DNA of 64,000 bases from an uncultured Candidatus Saccharibacteria bacterium (GTDB taxonomy: Bacteria; Patescibacteriota; Doudnabacteria; UBA920), in assembly GCA_964612745.1 (NCBI GenBank), contig CAZTCH010000001.1, forward strand, positions 77,387 through 141,386. The letters run 5' to 3'. Both the position numbers and the translations under genes were made by a program. The notes below the pieces were generated by a model. That model did no database searches, was not told where the DNA came from, and was given only the letters and a program-made list of their open reading frames with translations. This document shows, in pieces, positions 29,446-39,380 of this stretch; the stretch's first letter is position 1; every line of letters begins with the position of its first letter.

Positions 29446-32130
29446 ATGAACGAACAAGAGATTTCACAATTACGCGCGGTTGGGTTACTCCCACAGTCTG
29501 AACAGACTGTGGCTCCTTCGGCGCACCCAACAGCGGCACCGACACATGTGCAGCATGTGCTTGCCACAGCAGACGATGCACTGGTGACCGAGCGTGGGGT
29601 GGTGACAACTCCAAAGATTTCTAAAATGTGGGAAATTGCACTGGTGGCAATCTTGCTCATTATTACTGCAGTAGCACATGGTACCAACATGTTGCAGTAC
29701 CCATACTACGAAAACGACGAAGGGACTTATATGTCACAAGCGTGGTCCGTGGTTACCTCTGGAACTTTGAGCCCGTACACGTACTGGTATGACCATGCAC
29801 CTGCTGGGTGGTTCTTTATTGCTGCATTTACCAAATTGGTTGGCGGATTCTTTGCATTTGGCACGAGCATAGACACGGGCCGAGTATTTATGTGGCTACT
29901 GCACGTGGTATCTGTATTTTTCGTCTATAGTATTGCCAAGCAACTCACCAAGGGGCGAGTACTGGCTGGGCTTGTCGCTGGATTAGTGTTTGCGTTATCT
30001 CCTCTGGCTCTCTACTTTGGCAGACGGGTGTTGCTAGATAATATGATGGTGTTCTGGGTGTTGTTGTCCTTGTGGACGTTAGTACGGGCAAAGGTGACCT
30101 TGCGCGCAACAGTGTTTGCAGCAGCTGCGTTTGGGGTTGCGGTGCTTACCAAAGAAACTGCGGTGTTTTTCTTGCCAGCATTTCTCTATGTGGTTTGGGC
30201 TGGTGTGCATAAATCACACCGTGTGTTTGGTTTGTCGCTCTGGGTGACTATCTCTGGCTTAGTGATTTCGCTGTATCCGTTGTACGCACTTATAAAGTCA
30301 GAATTCTTTCCTGCAAGCTGGTTTGGTTCGGGAAAGCACGTGAGTCTTTTGGAAACACTCAAGTTTCAGGCAGGGCGTGGTTCAGGGTTGCCGTTTTGGA
30401 ATACCCAGAGTGAGTTTTACACCAACTTGGTAGAGTGGTTTCACCGCGATACCGCACTTATGGTTATAGGTGGGAGCGCCCTGCTCCTTGGGCTTGTGTT
30501 TGCATATGCACGCAAAGAGTTTCGCGCGCCGTTGCTATTTGCAGTGTGTATGCTGTGGTTTTTGATGCGTGGTGGTATTATTATCAACTTTTACATTTTG
30601 CCACTGATTCCATTTCTCGCTTTGCTGATTGGTCTTGTGGTGTCACTGCTTGCAGAATCATTTAGTAAATTTTTGGTGAGCATAGACTGGGCGAAAGGAA
30701 TTGCGTATACGTATGCCGGTGCTGCAGTGGTTGCATGTGCGTTGTTCGTGGTGCCAATGCTTGCACAGTCTGGGGCGATTTACACAACAGACGAAACCGC
30801 GCCAATGAAACAGGCGCTCGAGTGGACCAAGCAAAACTTAGATCCGACTGCAGTTATGGTAGTGGACAACGCTATTTTTGTGGATTTGCGTGAAAGCCGT
30901 TTTGCTGGGGACCCTGCATTCAGCAATGCCGAGTGGTTTTGGAAAGTAGAAAAAGACCCAACAGTGTTTGCAGAGCGTATTGGTGGTGACTGGTTACACG
31001 TTGACTACGTGTTGTTGTCTCACGAAATGGTTCGCCAAATTAGTGACTATCAAATAACGTTGACCAAAGACATTTTGCCGCACACAAGTCTGGTGACTGG
31101 GTGGACTGGTGGGGGAGCGTTCTTGGATTTAGATAAATATATAAGTACAAATGGTGACTGGATGCGGGTGTACAAAGTGCATAGCCAAGAAGAGTTTGTA
31201 GGGGAAACACTCTGGCGTGCAGATGTAGCGCAGTATGTGCACAGCTATGGCCAAGTTGTGCCAGAGTCTGGTGTGACTACTGCAAGCACCCAAGCAGATA
31301 TGCTGCTTCGTGCAGTGCTGGTAGATGACCAGAAGACTTTTGCTGGGTTGTGGGCATGGACCCGTGACCATATGCAACACCGACAAGGGGATAAGCTCGT
31401 TTCCGAAGGCTGGCAGAATGGTTCTGCTGCAGTAGATTACAACGCGTACCTTGCCCCAAATCAAGATATCGCTACTGCGCTTATTTTGGCAGGACGCAAG
31501 TGGAAACAAGCAGAGTACACAACAGCAGGAACAGAAATTGTTGCAGACATTTGGAACAAACTCGCTATTTCTGCAAATGGACAAACACTGCTTGCAAGTT
31601 CTACGAAGCAAGGTGTGCAAGAAAGCAGACTGGTTAACACCAGCTTGCTTGCTCCGGCGTCCTACCGACTCTTTGCGCAAGTGGATAAAAGCCGCCCATG
31701 GGCTACACTAGCAGACCAAAGCTATACGTTGTTGCCAAACACAACTGCAACACTTACGAAAGAACTTACTGTTTCTAAATCCGGGGTAATTACCAAAGTT
31801 ACTTCTGGTGCATATGCACCTGCTGTTGTAGAGAAGCATGTAGCACAAGATGCTGTGTGGTTCGAAACTGATACTGCTCAGGCTTGGTTTACTACAAGCA
31901 CTGGCGAAGTTGCAAGTCTGACTACGGCAACTGTGAAAGACAAGCAATTGGCACAAGAGCTGTACGCGGAAGCCATTGCAACACACTTTAACAGAACAGA
32001 AAAAGCATGGGCTACAGAACTCGGATTTACAGAAAAGAGTGCTCTGTGGCAAGCATTTAGTTTGTTTGCTCCAGACCAGCGACTTATATCGGTTCTGCGA
32101 AATATAACCCCAGTAGTAGCAACGAAATAG
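29446..32130 (+). CDS. ArnT/PMT-family (GT39/83) glycosyltransferase fused to a C-terminal GH8-like domain
   Basis: NDEGTY, YDHAPAG, LTKE; C-terminal MLLRAV..DDQKTF..LW.WT and QDIATALILAG.KW. Confidence 0.78.
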   Translation: MNEQEISQLRAVGLLPQSEQTVAPSAHPTAAPTHVQHVLATADDALVTERGVVTTPKISKMWEIALVAILLIITAVAHGTNMLQYPYYENDEGTYMSQAWSVVTSGTLSPYTYWYDHAPAGWFFIAAFTKLVGGFFAFGTSIDTGRVFMWLLHVVSVFFVYSIAKQLTKGRVLAGLVAGLVFALSPLALYFGRRVLLDNMMVFWVLLSLWTLVRAKVTLRATVFAAAAFGVAVLTKETAVFFLPAFLYVVWAGVHKSHRVFGLSLWVTISGLVISLYPLYALIKSEFFPASWFGSGKHVSLLETLKFQAGRGSGLPFWNTQSEFYTNLVEWFHRDTALMVIGGSALLLGLVFAYARKEFRAPLLFAVCMLWFLMRGGIIINFYILPLIPFLALLIGLVVSLLAESFSKFLVSIDWAKGIAYTYAGAAVVACALFVVPMLAQSGAIYTTDETAPMKQALEWTKQNLDPTAVMVVDNAIFVDLRESRFAGDPAFSNAEWFWKVEKDPTVFAERIGGDWLHVDYVLLSHEMVRQISDYQITLTKDILPHTSLVTGWTGGGAFLDLDKYISTNGDWMRVYKVHSQEEFVGETLWRADVAQYVHSYGQVVPESGVTTASTQADMLLRAVLVDDQKTFAGLWAWTRDHMQHRQGDKLVSEGWQNGSAAVDYNAYLAPNQDIATALILAGRKWKQAEYTTAGTEIVADIWNKLAISANGQTLLASSTKQGVQESRLVNTSLLAPASYRLFAQVDKSRPWATLADQSYTLLPNTTATLTKELTVSKSGVITKVTSGAYAPAVVEKHVAQDAVWFETDTAQAWFTTSTGEVASLTTATVKDKQLAQELYAEAIATHFNRTEKAWATELGFTEKSALWQAFSLFAPDQRLISVLRNITPVVATK

Positions 32131-32438
32131 TTACTATGCATACTCGGGCAGTGCTGTGTGTGTAAAACTTGCACCCACGGCACTGCCCGAGTATGGGGCT
32201 TTGCAAATCTAGCATTTGTGCTAAAATATCCGCTGGTAAAAATGCCGTTTGAAACGTGCACGTAAGACTCTGGACGCCCAGAAATACTTGCGTTTGCGAA
32301 CAGATGGTAGCACTGATTCCGCTACAATTTGTTGGGTGCCATACAGGTAGCCCGCCTCCACTCATTGTTTCCCAGAAATATGGGCCGACAATGTTTCGGA
32401 TAGTGTCCACGAATCCATAAAAGCCGAAGGAGGCAATT

Positions 32439-33188
32439 ATGAAACGCAGTTTATTTCGGTTGCTGCTGGTATTATTGATGAGCACAACTGCTCTCGCACA
32501 ATATCAGATACCTGAAAGAGTAAGCGCAGCGCTCCCTGAGCGCATGTGCAACTCTTGCACAACACAGATTGCGCCACTGACCTGCTCGCCGATTATTGAA
32601 TTTGATTTCTTTAGCGGCAACTCGGGCGGCGATCAACCGCGCCAGCTTGGCCACTTCGTTTTTAACCAGTTTTCCGAAGATTGGAAAACGGAATACTTCA
32701 CGACAGATACATTCACTAACGCTTATGGCAAGACAGTAATCGGCCGTGACGAAGCGAAAAGTTGGGTGAAGTATAAAATCAGCATGAGTGGCTGGGTAGA
32801 GATTGAAGCCTGGCTCCAAGGGGCGAGTGTCCAAACAAGCGGAGAAAACCATTTTAGCGGGGGCGCTATCGAAATGCGCCTACGCGGGTATAAGAACACT
32901 CTTGGCGGCTTTACAGTTGTTGAGATGTGGTCTTCACCAGAGGGTTTTCGTCTCAGTTCATTTGGTTCGACATTGAATTATGGGAGCTTCGCTGGACTTC
33001 CCAGTATGCAATGTTGGAGCAATATGTCCATTAATGCGCCGGCGTACGGCGGATACAACCGGGTTGTTTTGAATCAAATCTTAAACGACTGGGACATGTT
33101 GTATTACCGGCCAGTCGAAGTTGGAAAGCCTGGGACGGACGTTTTGTTCAATTTTTTACCGGTTAAGATCACTTTTCCTGGCTGTTAA
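32439..33188 (+). CDS. Hypothetical secreted protein
   Basis: AAGGAGG SD, signal peptide, downstream hairpin at about 33207-33278. Confidence 0.7.
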   Translation: MKRSLFRLLLVLLMSTTALAQYQIPERVSAALPERMCNSCTTQIAPLTCSPIIEFDFFSGNSGGDQPRQLGHFVFNQFSEDWKTEYFTTDTFTNAYGKTVIGRDEAKSWVKYKISMSGWVEIEAWLQGASVQTSGENHFSGGAIEMRLRGYKNTLGGFTVVEMWSSPEGFRLSSFGSTLNYGSFAGLPSMQCWSNMSINAPAYGGYNRVVLNQILNDWDMLYYRPVEVGKPGTDVLFNFLPVKITFPGC

Positions 33189-33459
33189 AATCTGCGCGTT
33201 TCGCAGGGGGTGGTTTAGCTATTTGGTTTGTTAGTTAGTGTTAAAACTAATGTAACAACCAAAGATGCTAAGCCACCCACCTTTTCCATTTCTGGTTAGT
33301 AGAGGTTTGTGCGTAAAGTATTTGCGCATGTACCTGTATTCAAACCAGTATATAGTTTCAAAAAACAAATATACACGTTTGCATGCAAAACTTCGACGCC
33401 TATGAAGTTATAGGATTGTTGGAGTTGTCCTTTCTCAATTCTCAGGGGGAGAAAAAGAA

Positions 33460-34236
33460 ATGAAACAGTTCATTGTTTCAGTATTGCTTTGCGTGCTTCT
33501 ATCGTTTGCTGTATTTGCACAAAGCTCAATCTTAGAGCGTCGTGTAGTAAATGCAGCGAGCTTTGAAGACGCAGTAGCGCCTGGGTCAATCGCAGCGATT
33601 TTTACCAATCCTACGCTTCATACCTCGGCTTCACTCAAAAACACGAAAATTACAATCACGGATCGCAGAAAAATTGCGCATTCGATTGAGACGATTTTCT
33701 TTTCAGCGCCTACGCAGACAAATTTCTACATTCCGAAAAATGTGGCAACTGGCCCTGCGGAGGTTGAAGTAAAAACTGGTGCTTTTGAGATTTCAAAAAC
33801 TACGATAATCCTAACGCATATCGCACCTGGCCTGTTTTCCGCAAACTCCAACGGTGTTGGGGTTCCGGCGGCGGTTCTACTGCGTGTGTCACCTGGAGGA
33901 GTACAGACGTACATCCCTCTGTTTCGCTTTAGTGAAATAGAGCGGAAGTATGTACCTATTCCTATTGACCTTGCGACTGACAAAGTATTTTTGGTTCTGT
34001 TTGGAACTGGAATACGGAACAATCCTGCTTTAGAGGATGTAAAAGTCTTTTTGGGAAACGTGAGCGTGCCAGTGTATTACGCTGGCTCACAAGGACTACC
34101 AAGTACCGAACGGGAATTTTTGGGGTTGGATCAAGTTAATGTGTTGTTGCCGACAAACTTACCCTCTGGGCAGTATGTCGTGTCAATGAACACCGCCAAT
34201 CTGCCAACTAACAACCTTGTCATACAAGTTCGCTAA
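33460..34236 (+). CDS. Secreted protein resembling the Solibacter/Acidobacteria C-terminal domain family (TIGR03437-like)
   Basis: VVNAASF..VAPGSIAAIF, APTQTNF, APGLFSAN, LFGTGIR, YAG.QG, GLDQVNV. Confidence 0.8.
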   Translation: MKQFIVSVLLCVLLSFAVFAQSSILERRVVNAASFEDAVAPGSIAAIFTNPTLHTSASLKNTKITITDRRKIAHSIETIFFSAPTQTNFYIPKNVATGPAEVEVKTGAFEISKTTIILTHIAPGLFSANSNGVGVPAAVLLRVSPGGVQTYIPLFRFSEIERKYVPIPIDLATDKVFLVLFGTGIRNNPALEDVKVFLGNVSVPVYYAGSQGLPSTEREFLGLDQVNVLLPTNLPSGQYVVSMNTANLPTNNLVIQVR

Positions 34237-34248
34237 AGGAGCATCGTC

Positions 34249-34917
34249 ATGAACAGATTATTCGCAGCCGTACTTCTTAGTGCGGTATGTTTTTATTCAT
34301 CTTCAGAGCAAGTATCTGCGCAAACAGCTCCTACGATAAGAATCACAGTCGTCAATGATTCTGAAGGAGTAAATAGGACCGCTCAGGGGCCGGTGCTTAC
34401 AGTGCCTGCGTATGGTAAGGTGATCGCTATTTCAAACGCAGAAGCATACGGAAGATTGCCCAACGGTGGGTACGTGTGGAACGACGACCCTTCTAACCCA
34501 TCACCGGGGATGAACGAAGAGTTGGTGGCGTTTATTGCCTGGGTCACCCCAAATATTTTTGACGTATGGCTTTCGGTGGAAAAGTTTTATCTTCCAACGA
34601 AAGACATTTTTCCAAGAGGCTTTGGCCCAGAGGTTGCCCTGCGTGTGACAATAAGCCACAAAGATGGCAAGCCACAGCTTCTTGTTCAAAACAAGCAGAC
34701 TAAAATGGGGTTCCTGCAGTTTAACGTTCCAGGTGGTGATGCAACATTACCTCAAACGTTGAAAGACAGGCAACTCTCGGGGGTTGTGTGGACAACGCCT
34801 GACGGTACACAATTGATTTGTGGTCTTCAAACAAGTCCCGAAACATATACAGCCATGAGGATTAAAAAACCTGATGGTAAGTTTGTTGACTTTGTCACAC
34901 TCACTCTTGAGCCGTGA
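34249..34917 (+). CDS. Hypothetical secreted protein
   Basis: AAGGAG SD; signal peptide ending VSA-Q. Confidence 0.7.
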   Translation: MNRLFAAVLLSAVCFYSSSEQVSAQTAPTIRITVVNDSEGVNRTAQGPVLTVPAYGKVIAISNAEAYGRLPNGGYVWNDDPSNPSPGMNEELVAFIAWVTPNIFDVWLSVEKFYLPTKDIFPRGFGPEVALRVTISHKDGKPQLLVQNKQTKMGFLQFNVPGGDATLPQTLKDRQLSGVVWTTPDGTQLICGLQTSPETYTAMRIKKPDGKFVDFVTLTLEP

Positions 34918-35123
34918 TTCGGTTGTTTCATTTCAAAACAAAAGCGATTGCTAGTTCTGGGGTGTTTATCCTAGAGTTAGTAATCGCTTTTTCCTTTTTT
35001 ACTCTAGCCAGAGGTGCGAACTTCTGGCATACTGAAGGCAAACAAACAGTGCTGGTAAGCGAAGTGCTTGCCCATGCACTGTTTATTTATTTTCAAAATA
35101 AAATCACATACTGAGGAGGGGTG

Positions 35124-35297
35124 ATGACTAAAAGAGAGATAGTATTTTGGTTTGTTGTTTTGTTCTTGCTAACGGCGCTGTTCTGCTTTGGGCCGTTAGT
35201 GGTTCAGATGATGATTGAATCTAAGAATACGAGCGCTGCTATGCCTTCGTATACGTTCTCAACACAAAAGGGTTACCCTTGCGCTTTGCATGGGTAA
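35124..35297 (+). CDS. Possible small membrane protein (MTKREIVFWFVVLFLL...)
   Basis: GAGGAGG SD and one TM; stop lies inside the 35266 hairpin. Confidence 0.4.
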   Translation: MTKREIVFWFVVLFLLTALFCFGPLVVQMMIESKNTSAAMPSYTFSTQKGYPCALHG

Positions 35298-35304
35298 CCC
35301 TTTT
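35266..35304. repeat. 39-bp hairpin element, copy 1 (AAAAGGGTTACCCTTG...GGTAACCCTTTT)
   Basis: Second copy at 55653-55691. Confidence 0.8.
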
Positions 35305-35317
35305 TCTTTTTTATACT

Positions 35318-37423
35318 TTATTTTATTGTTGTGCCGGTGCGGTAGGTGACGAATTCTGCTTGGTTTACGGTGACTACTTTTGCGGGGTCAATGTTCAGTC
35401 TGGTTGCAGCTGCAGGTGTGATGTAGCGTTTAACGCTGCCTTCTATTTTGTAGACTCTGGCGTTGTTCGCTACTTTTATGTATTCCACATCGTCGTACGA
35501 GTCGAGGATTTCTTGGTTTACCATAACCACGTCTTCCCATTTCCCGCCGTAGCTCAAGAATATTTGTGCATTGAGTACGGGCATTTTTGCGCCCCACAAG
35601 GTTACCCAGTATACAGTTGGGTCACCATCTACTCGCACATATTTACCCATTGGGGAGTTTGGGGTGTTGCTACCAATCGTAAATGCCTGTTTTGCTGTTT
35701 CGCTTAAGGTAAGTGCGAATGAGTCTAAAGTTGCTTGGGTCAAGCGATAGGTGCCAGTTTGTCCAATGAGCACTGTTGGGTTTAGGGTGAAGCCAGTAGC
35801 TGTACTAAATGCATTCACGCCGTATTTTGTTTGCAAGTAGTTTGCAACGTCGGTGCGCACTTGTGTTGGTGCCCAAGATGTAGCAACCACTGCGCCGGTT
35901 ATCGTGTTCTGAAACGAAAAGACAATGACCGGAGTAAGGATGTTTGCGCTATTGTACGCCCAGCCAGACAATGTAGTCGCGCTGACGCTGTCTACATATC
36001 CTTCTGCTACTTTGGCGGTAGGAGTGGTTGCAGGCTTCACGACAAATGTAAATACTTTTTGAGCGGTTGCGCCAGTAGCATCAGTGACTTTTACGGGTAC
36101 TTGGTAAGTGCCGGCAAAGGGCATTATTTGTCCGGAGTTTATCGAAACAAATGTACCATTGCTATTTAGCTGCGTGTAGCAGCAAGGGTAGGCGTTGTAT
36201 TGCCCCGAAAGAGTGCTCCAAGTGTATGGAGCGGTGCCCCCAGAAGCAGCAAGGGAGATGCTGTACGCTGCACCAACCATGCCATCTTGGAGTTGGTCAG
36301 GAGTGGTAATGGCAAGTATTTGCGAGGTTGTACCGGTAATAGTGAATGTTGGGCCGTAGAATGGCGTTGCAGGTGTGCTGGTGACTGGTGTGCCATTGTT
36401 TTGTAGCGCGTCTAACCCAAGTCGCATAGTGCCAGCACTCGCTGCGCCAATAGATGCACTGACTTCGAGGCTCACGGTGGTGTTCGCCGGAATAGTCAGG
36501 GCAGGAGAAAAGGTAATGGTGGCATAGCGAGTAGCACCTTCTACCATGTTCAGTGTGATCGCTGTCGTGCCGACAAATGCAGTGCGATCTTTGTACAGTC
36601 TCATGTTGCTAAACTGGTCGCGGCTCGCAGAGTCAGAAACAACACGCAGAGAAGTGACAGTTGCAGGAGTGTTCCCAGCGCGTAGTCCGAAGTTGGCAAA
36701 AGTGTAGTTGCTGGTGCTGGCAGGGATAACGGTGGCAACACCAGACAATGACTCGCTCAGAGTAAGGGTACCGTTCGCGAGAGTGCCCGCAGCTGCGACT
36801 GGAATGCTTCTGCTACTGCTAGTGCCAGATTGGTTTGTAACGGCGAACGTAGCAGTACCTGTGCCATTACCCAGCAGTACATTGATTTGTGTTGCGCTTT
36901 GGAAGCTAATGGTACCAGTGATAGTCCCAGTAGAAACGAGCTGGTTACCGGTTGCTGCAAACGTGCCATAGAGCACGACGAATGCGCCGCTAGTTGCTTG
37001 CGAGTTGTTGTACTGTGGAGTGGCGTTTGGGTCAAAGCCTTGAATGCCGGTGAGTGTTGGGGCAGTGCTTGTGGTCCCACTGGCATTTACTTTCCAAGGG
37101 ATAATACTGTACACACCAAGACCACTTCCGTCAGTCACGTGGACACCAAGTTCAAACGTGCCTGCTTGGGTTGGGGTGCCACTAAACACGCCAGAGCTTG
37201 CAAGCGTCATGCTTGTTCCGGGGTGTGTCAGGTACCATTTTTCAAAAACAATAGTGCCACTTCCAGTTGCAGAAAGCTGGGAGGAGTACGCTTGACCGAC
37301 GGTGCCGTCTGGTAAACTTGTGGTGACTACCATGGGGGCAGCAAGGGCAGCGCGAGGTACGCCGGCGAGAGTCAAGGCGCACACCAGCGAAAATAGCCCA
37401 AAAACCTTTAGAAATCTGTGCAT
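35318..37423 (-). CDS. Secreted surface protein with putative Ig (He_PIG-like) domains and C-terminal CPR-type repeats
   Basis: TTSLPDGTVGQAYS.QLSATG; ITT..L.DG.VG.AYS..LAASGGTAPYTWS; GDPTVY and RVYKIEG..KR repeats. Confidence 0.82.
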   Translation of the reverse strand: MHRFLKVFGLFSLVCALTLAGVPRAALAAPMVVTTSLPDGTVGQAYSSQLSATGSGTIVFEKWYLTHPGTSMTLASSGVFSGTPTQAGTFELGVHVTDGSGLGVYSIIPWKVNASGTTSTAPTLTGIQGFDPNATPQYNNSQATSGAFVVLYGTFAATGNQLVSTGTITGTISFQSATQINVLLGNGTGTATFAVTNQSGTSSSRSIPVAAAGTLANGTLTLSESLSGVATVIPASTSNYTFANFGLRAGNTPATVTSLRVVSDSASRDQFSNMRLYKDRTAFVGTTAITLNMVEGATRYATITFSPALTIPANTTVSLEVSASIGAASAGTMRLGLDALQNNGTPVTSTPATPFYGPTFTITGTTSQILAITTPDQLQDGMVGAAYSISLAASGGTAPYTWSTLSGQYNAYPCCYTQLNSNGTFVSINSGQIMPFAGTYQVPVKVTDATGATAQKVFTFVVKPATTPTAKVAEGYVDSVSATTLSGWAYNSANILTPVIVFSFQNTITGAVVATSWAPTQVRTDVANYLQTKYGVNAFSTATGFTLNPTVLIGQTGTYRLTQATLDSFALTLSETAKQAFTIGSNTPNSPMGKYVRVDGDPTVYWVTLWGAKMPVLNAQIFLSYGGKWEDVVMVNQEILDSYDDVEYIKVANNARVYKIEGSVKRYITPAAATRLNIDPAKVVTVNQAEFVTYRTGTTIK

Positions 37424-37451
37424 AAAATCAAATATTACGAATGAGTGTACC

Positions 37452-39092
37452 TTATTGTACCAGATATTTGGTCACAACAATCCATGTGCCAGAATATGGC
37501 CTGACATCGGCAAAACCGGCTTCGTCGGCCTGCTTCCAATTGCTGGGCACTGTTGGTTTGTTGCTCCCAAACGCGTTGGTCCATAACAGCCACACGGTGT
37601 CACCTGTTTTTACTGCATCGGCAAAGGAGGGGAGTAAATCTGCATCTGTGAGAATGGCGGTACCTACAAAGTGAGGCAGATTTTTTACAGATGTATTGCC
37701 GCCAGAGTAGAGCATGGGTCTGGGCCATTCTGCAGTCCGGTCCAAGGTTCGTATTTGTGCGGGCGGTGCGTCATCGCTTAAATCTTCGAGGCTGTATCGC
37801 GAAGACGACATGGTAGTGGTTTGGGTGACGATTGCTGCGGGTGGGGTAAGTTGCGATAAGTAGTATTTTAGGTTAAAGAATTCAAAGCTCGTCCCTACAT
37901 AGAGTTTGTCGGTTGGTGTCGCGTGACTCTGTAAGTAGGTCGCAGCTCCAGCCATACCAGTTTTTTTAGTAATGTCTAACTTCTGCCAGTTATTGGCAAA
38001 CACAAGTACACACACAATGGCGTATGCAGCTGTTGCGGTCCAAATAAGCCACGAACGTTTCCACGAGTCTATCCAGAGTGCGAGAGCTGCCAGAAGAAAA
38101 GCTGATGCGTACAAAAAGTATCGCACAAGGTAAACCGAAGAGCTTTGGCCTTTTACAAATGCAAGCAGTGCAAACAGGAGAGAGCCTGCAAAGGGTGCGG
38201 CAAACAGAAATGCCACGAGCCACACGTGAGTATTTTTTTGTTTTTTGAGAAGGAGGGCAAAAATACTGACGAGTACAATGGTGGTAACTGCCAAAGTGAT
38301 TTTGGTCGTTGTTTTTGCAATGTCCGACTCAAGGCCAAATGTGACCTGCCACAGTGTGGAAGGAATGCTCCACCAATTGAGTGGTGGAATCCAATACCCC
38401 GCACCAACTTGTTTAAACTGGAAGATAAACCAATTTGTCCACGGTAAAAACAAGAGGATTGTGGTCAGGTATCCAGTGGCGAGTGGTGCGTAGGCGCGTA
38501 TATCTTTTTTGAAATGCACTGCGGTGTAGAGTAAGGCGTACACGCATGCAGCTACCACAGAAAAAAGTAAGTAGTAGTGGGTGAGCGCAGCAATCCCTGC
38601 CAGAGCTCCAAACGCGACAAATAATTTGAATTTATTTTTTATTTCCGTGCTGTTCAGGGCTTTTGCCAGCACCCACGCCATGCTTACCGCGAGAAATGCG
38701 CCAAATGTGTACATACGTGCTTCGGTGGCGTATTGGATTTGAAATGGGTTGACGACTATAGCAAGTGCGGCGATTGTCGCAGCTCTGGGGCTTTTAAAGA
38801 TATCTCGCACAAATCCGTACGTAGTTGCTGCTGTTGCCAGCCCAAAGAATACCGAAAAGCCACGCAGGGCGAGCAGTGAGTCGCCAAGCAGCATGCTCCA
38901 TAACCGGAGCGCAACGTAATACGCTGGTGGGTGCACGTCCAGACCGATACGGTAGAACATCTCACCCCACGGGTAGTGAATGAGCAGTGCGGAAAATGCT
39001 TCGTCATGCCACAAAGAAATGCTCGTGTTGTGGTAGAGGCGAAGGAAAAGACCAAAGGCAAGGATAGAGACGAGAGCGAGGTATTTTTTCAT
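37452..39092 (-). CDS. GT39/ArnT-PMT family membrane glycosyltransferase
   Basis: LWHDEAFS, DVHPPAYY, EARMY, THYY. Confidence 0.85.
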   Translation of the reverse strand: MKKYLALVSILAFGLFLRLYHNTSISLWHDEAFSALLIHYPWGEMFYRIGLDVHPPAYYVALRLWSMLLGDSLLALRGFSVFFGLATAATTYGFVRDIFKSPRAATIAALAIVVNPFQIQYATEARMYTFGAFLAVSMAWVLAKALNSTEIKNKFKLFVAFGALAGIAALTHYYLLFSVVAACVYALLYTAVHFKKDIRAYAPLATGYLTTILLFLPWTNWFIFQFKQVGAGYWIPPLNWWSIPSTLWQVTFGLESDIAKTTTKITLAVTTIVLVSIFALLLKKQKNTHVWLVAFLFAAPFAGSLLFALLAFVKGQSSSVYLVRYFLYASAFLLAALALWIDSWKRSWLIWTATAAYAIVCVLVFANNWQKLDITKKTGMAGAATYLQSHATPTDKLYVGTSFEFFNLKYYLSQLTPPAAIVTQTTTMSSSRYSLEDLSDDAPPAQIRTLDRTAEWPRPMLYSGGNTSVKNLPHFVGTAILTDADLLPSFADAVKTGDTVWLLWTNAFGSNKPTVPSNWKQADEAGFADVRPYSGTWIVVTKYLVQ

Positions 39093-39099
39093 GGTAACT

Positions 39100-39380
39100 A
39101 AGTTACAAATACGTAATTCGTAATGCGCAATGTGAAATCAGAATTCAGAACTCCGAAACAAACTCCAATCCACAATCCGCCAAACGGCGGAGGCGGACGA
39201 AATCTAAGTTTTAAACATTGGGATTTATTCTTGATGGGCTCTGTGTATAGTTTACAGTTTTGAGTTGAAGTTTTGCGTTTTGACTTTTGAATTTTGAGTT
39301 ACATTTGTATTTATTTGGGCTTTGTCCGCCAGCTGGCGGATTGGAATTTATTTGAATTTGTTGTTTGTTATTTGGTATTT
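39100..39380. repeat. Mosaic repeat region: AATWCGN 7-mers, TCCGCC..GGCGGA mini-palindromes, a 53-bp element identical to 44718-44770, and TTTGGWRYT-type repeats
   Basis: AGTTTACAGTTTTGAGTTGAAGTTTTGCGTTTTGACTTTTGAATTTTGAGTTA at 39249-39301. Confidence 0.85.

Noticed and set aside
34914-35114. 66-aa ORF
   Set aside because: It runs through a terminator-like hairpin (34940-34991) and has no recognisable features; not supported.
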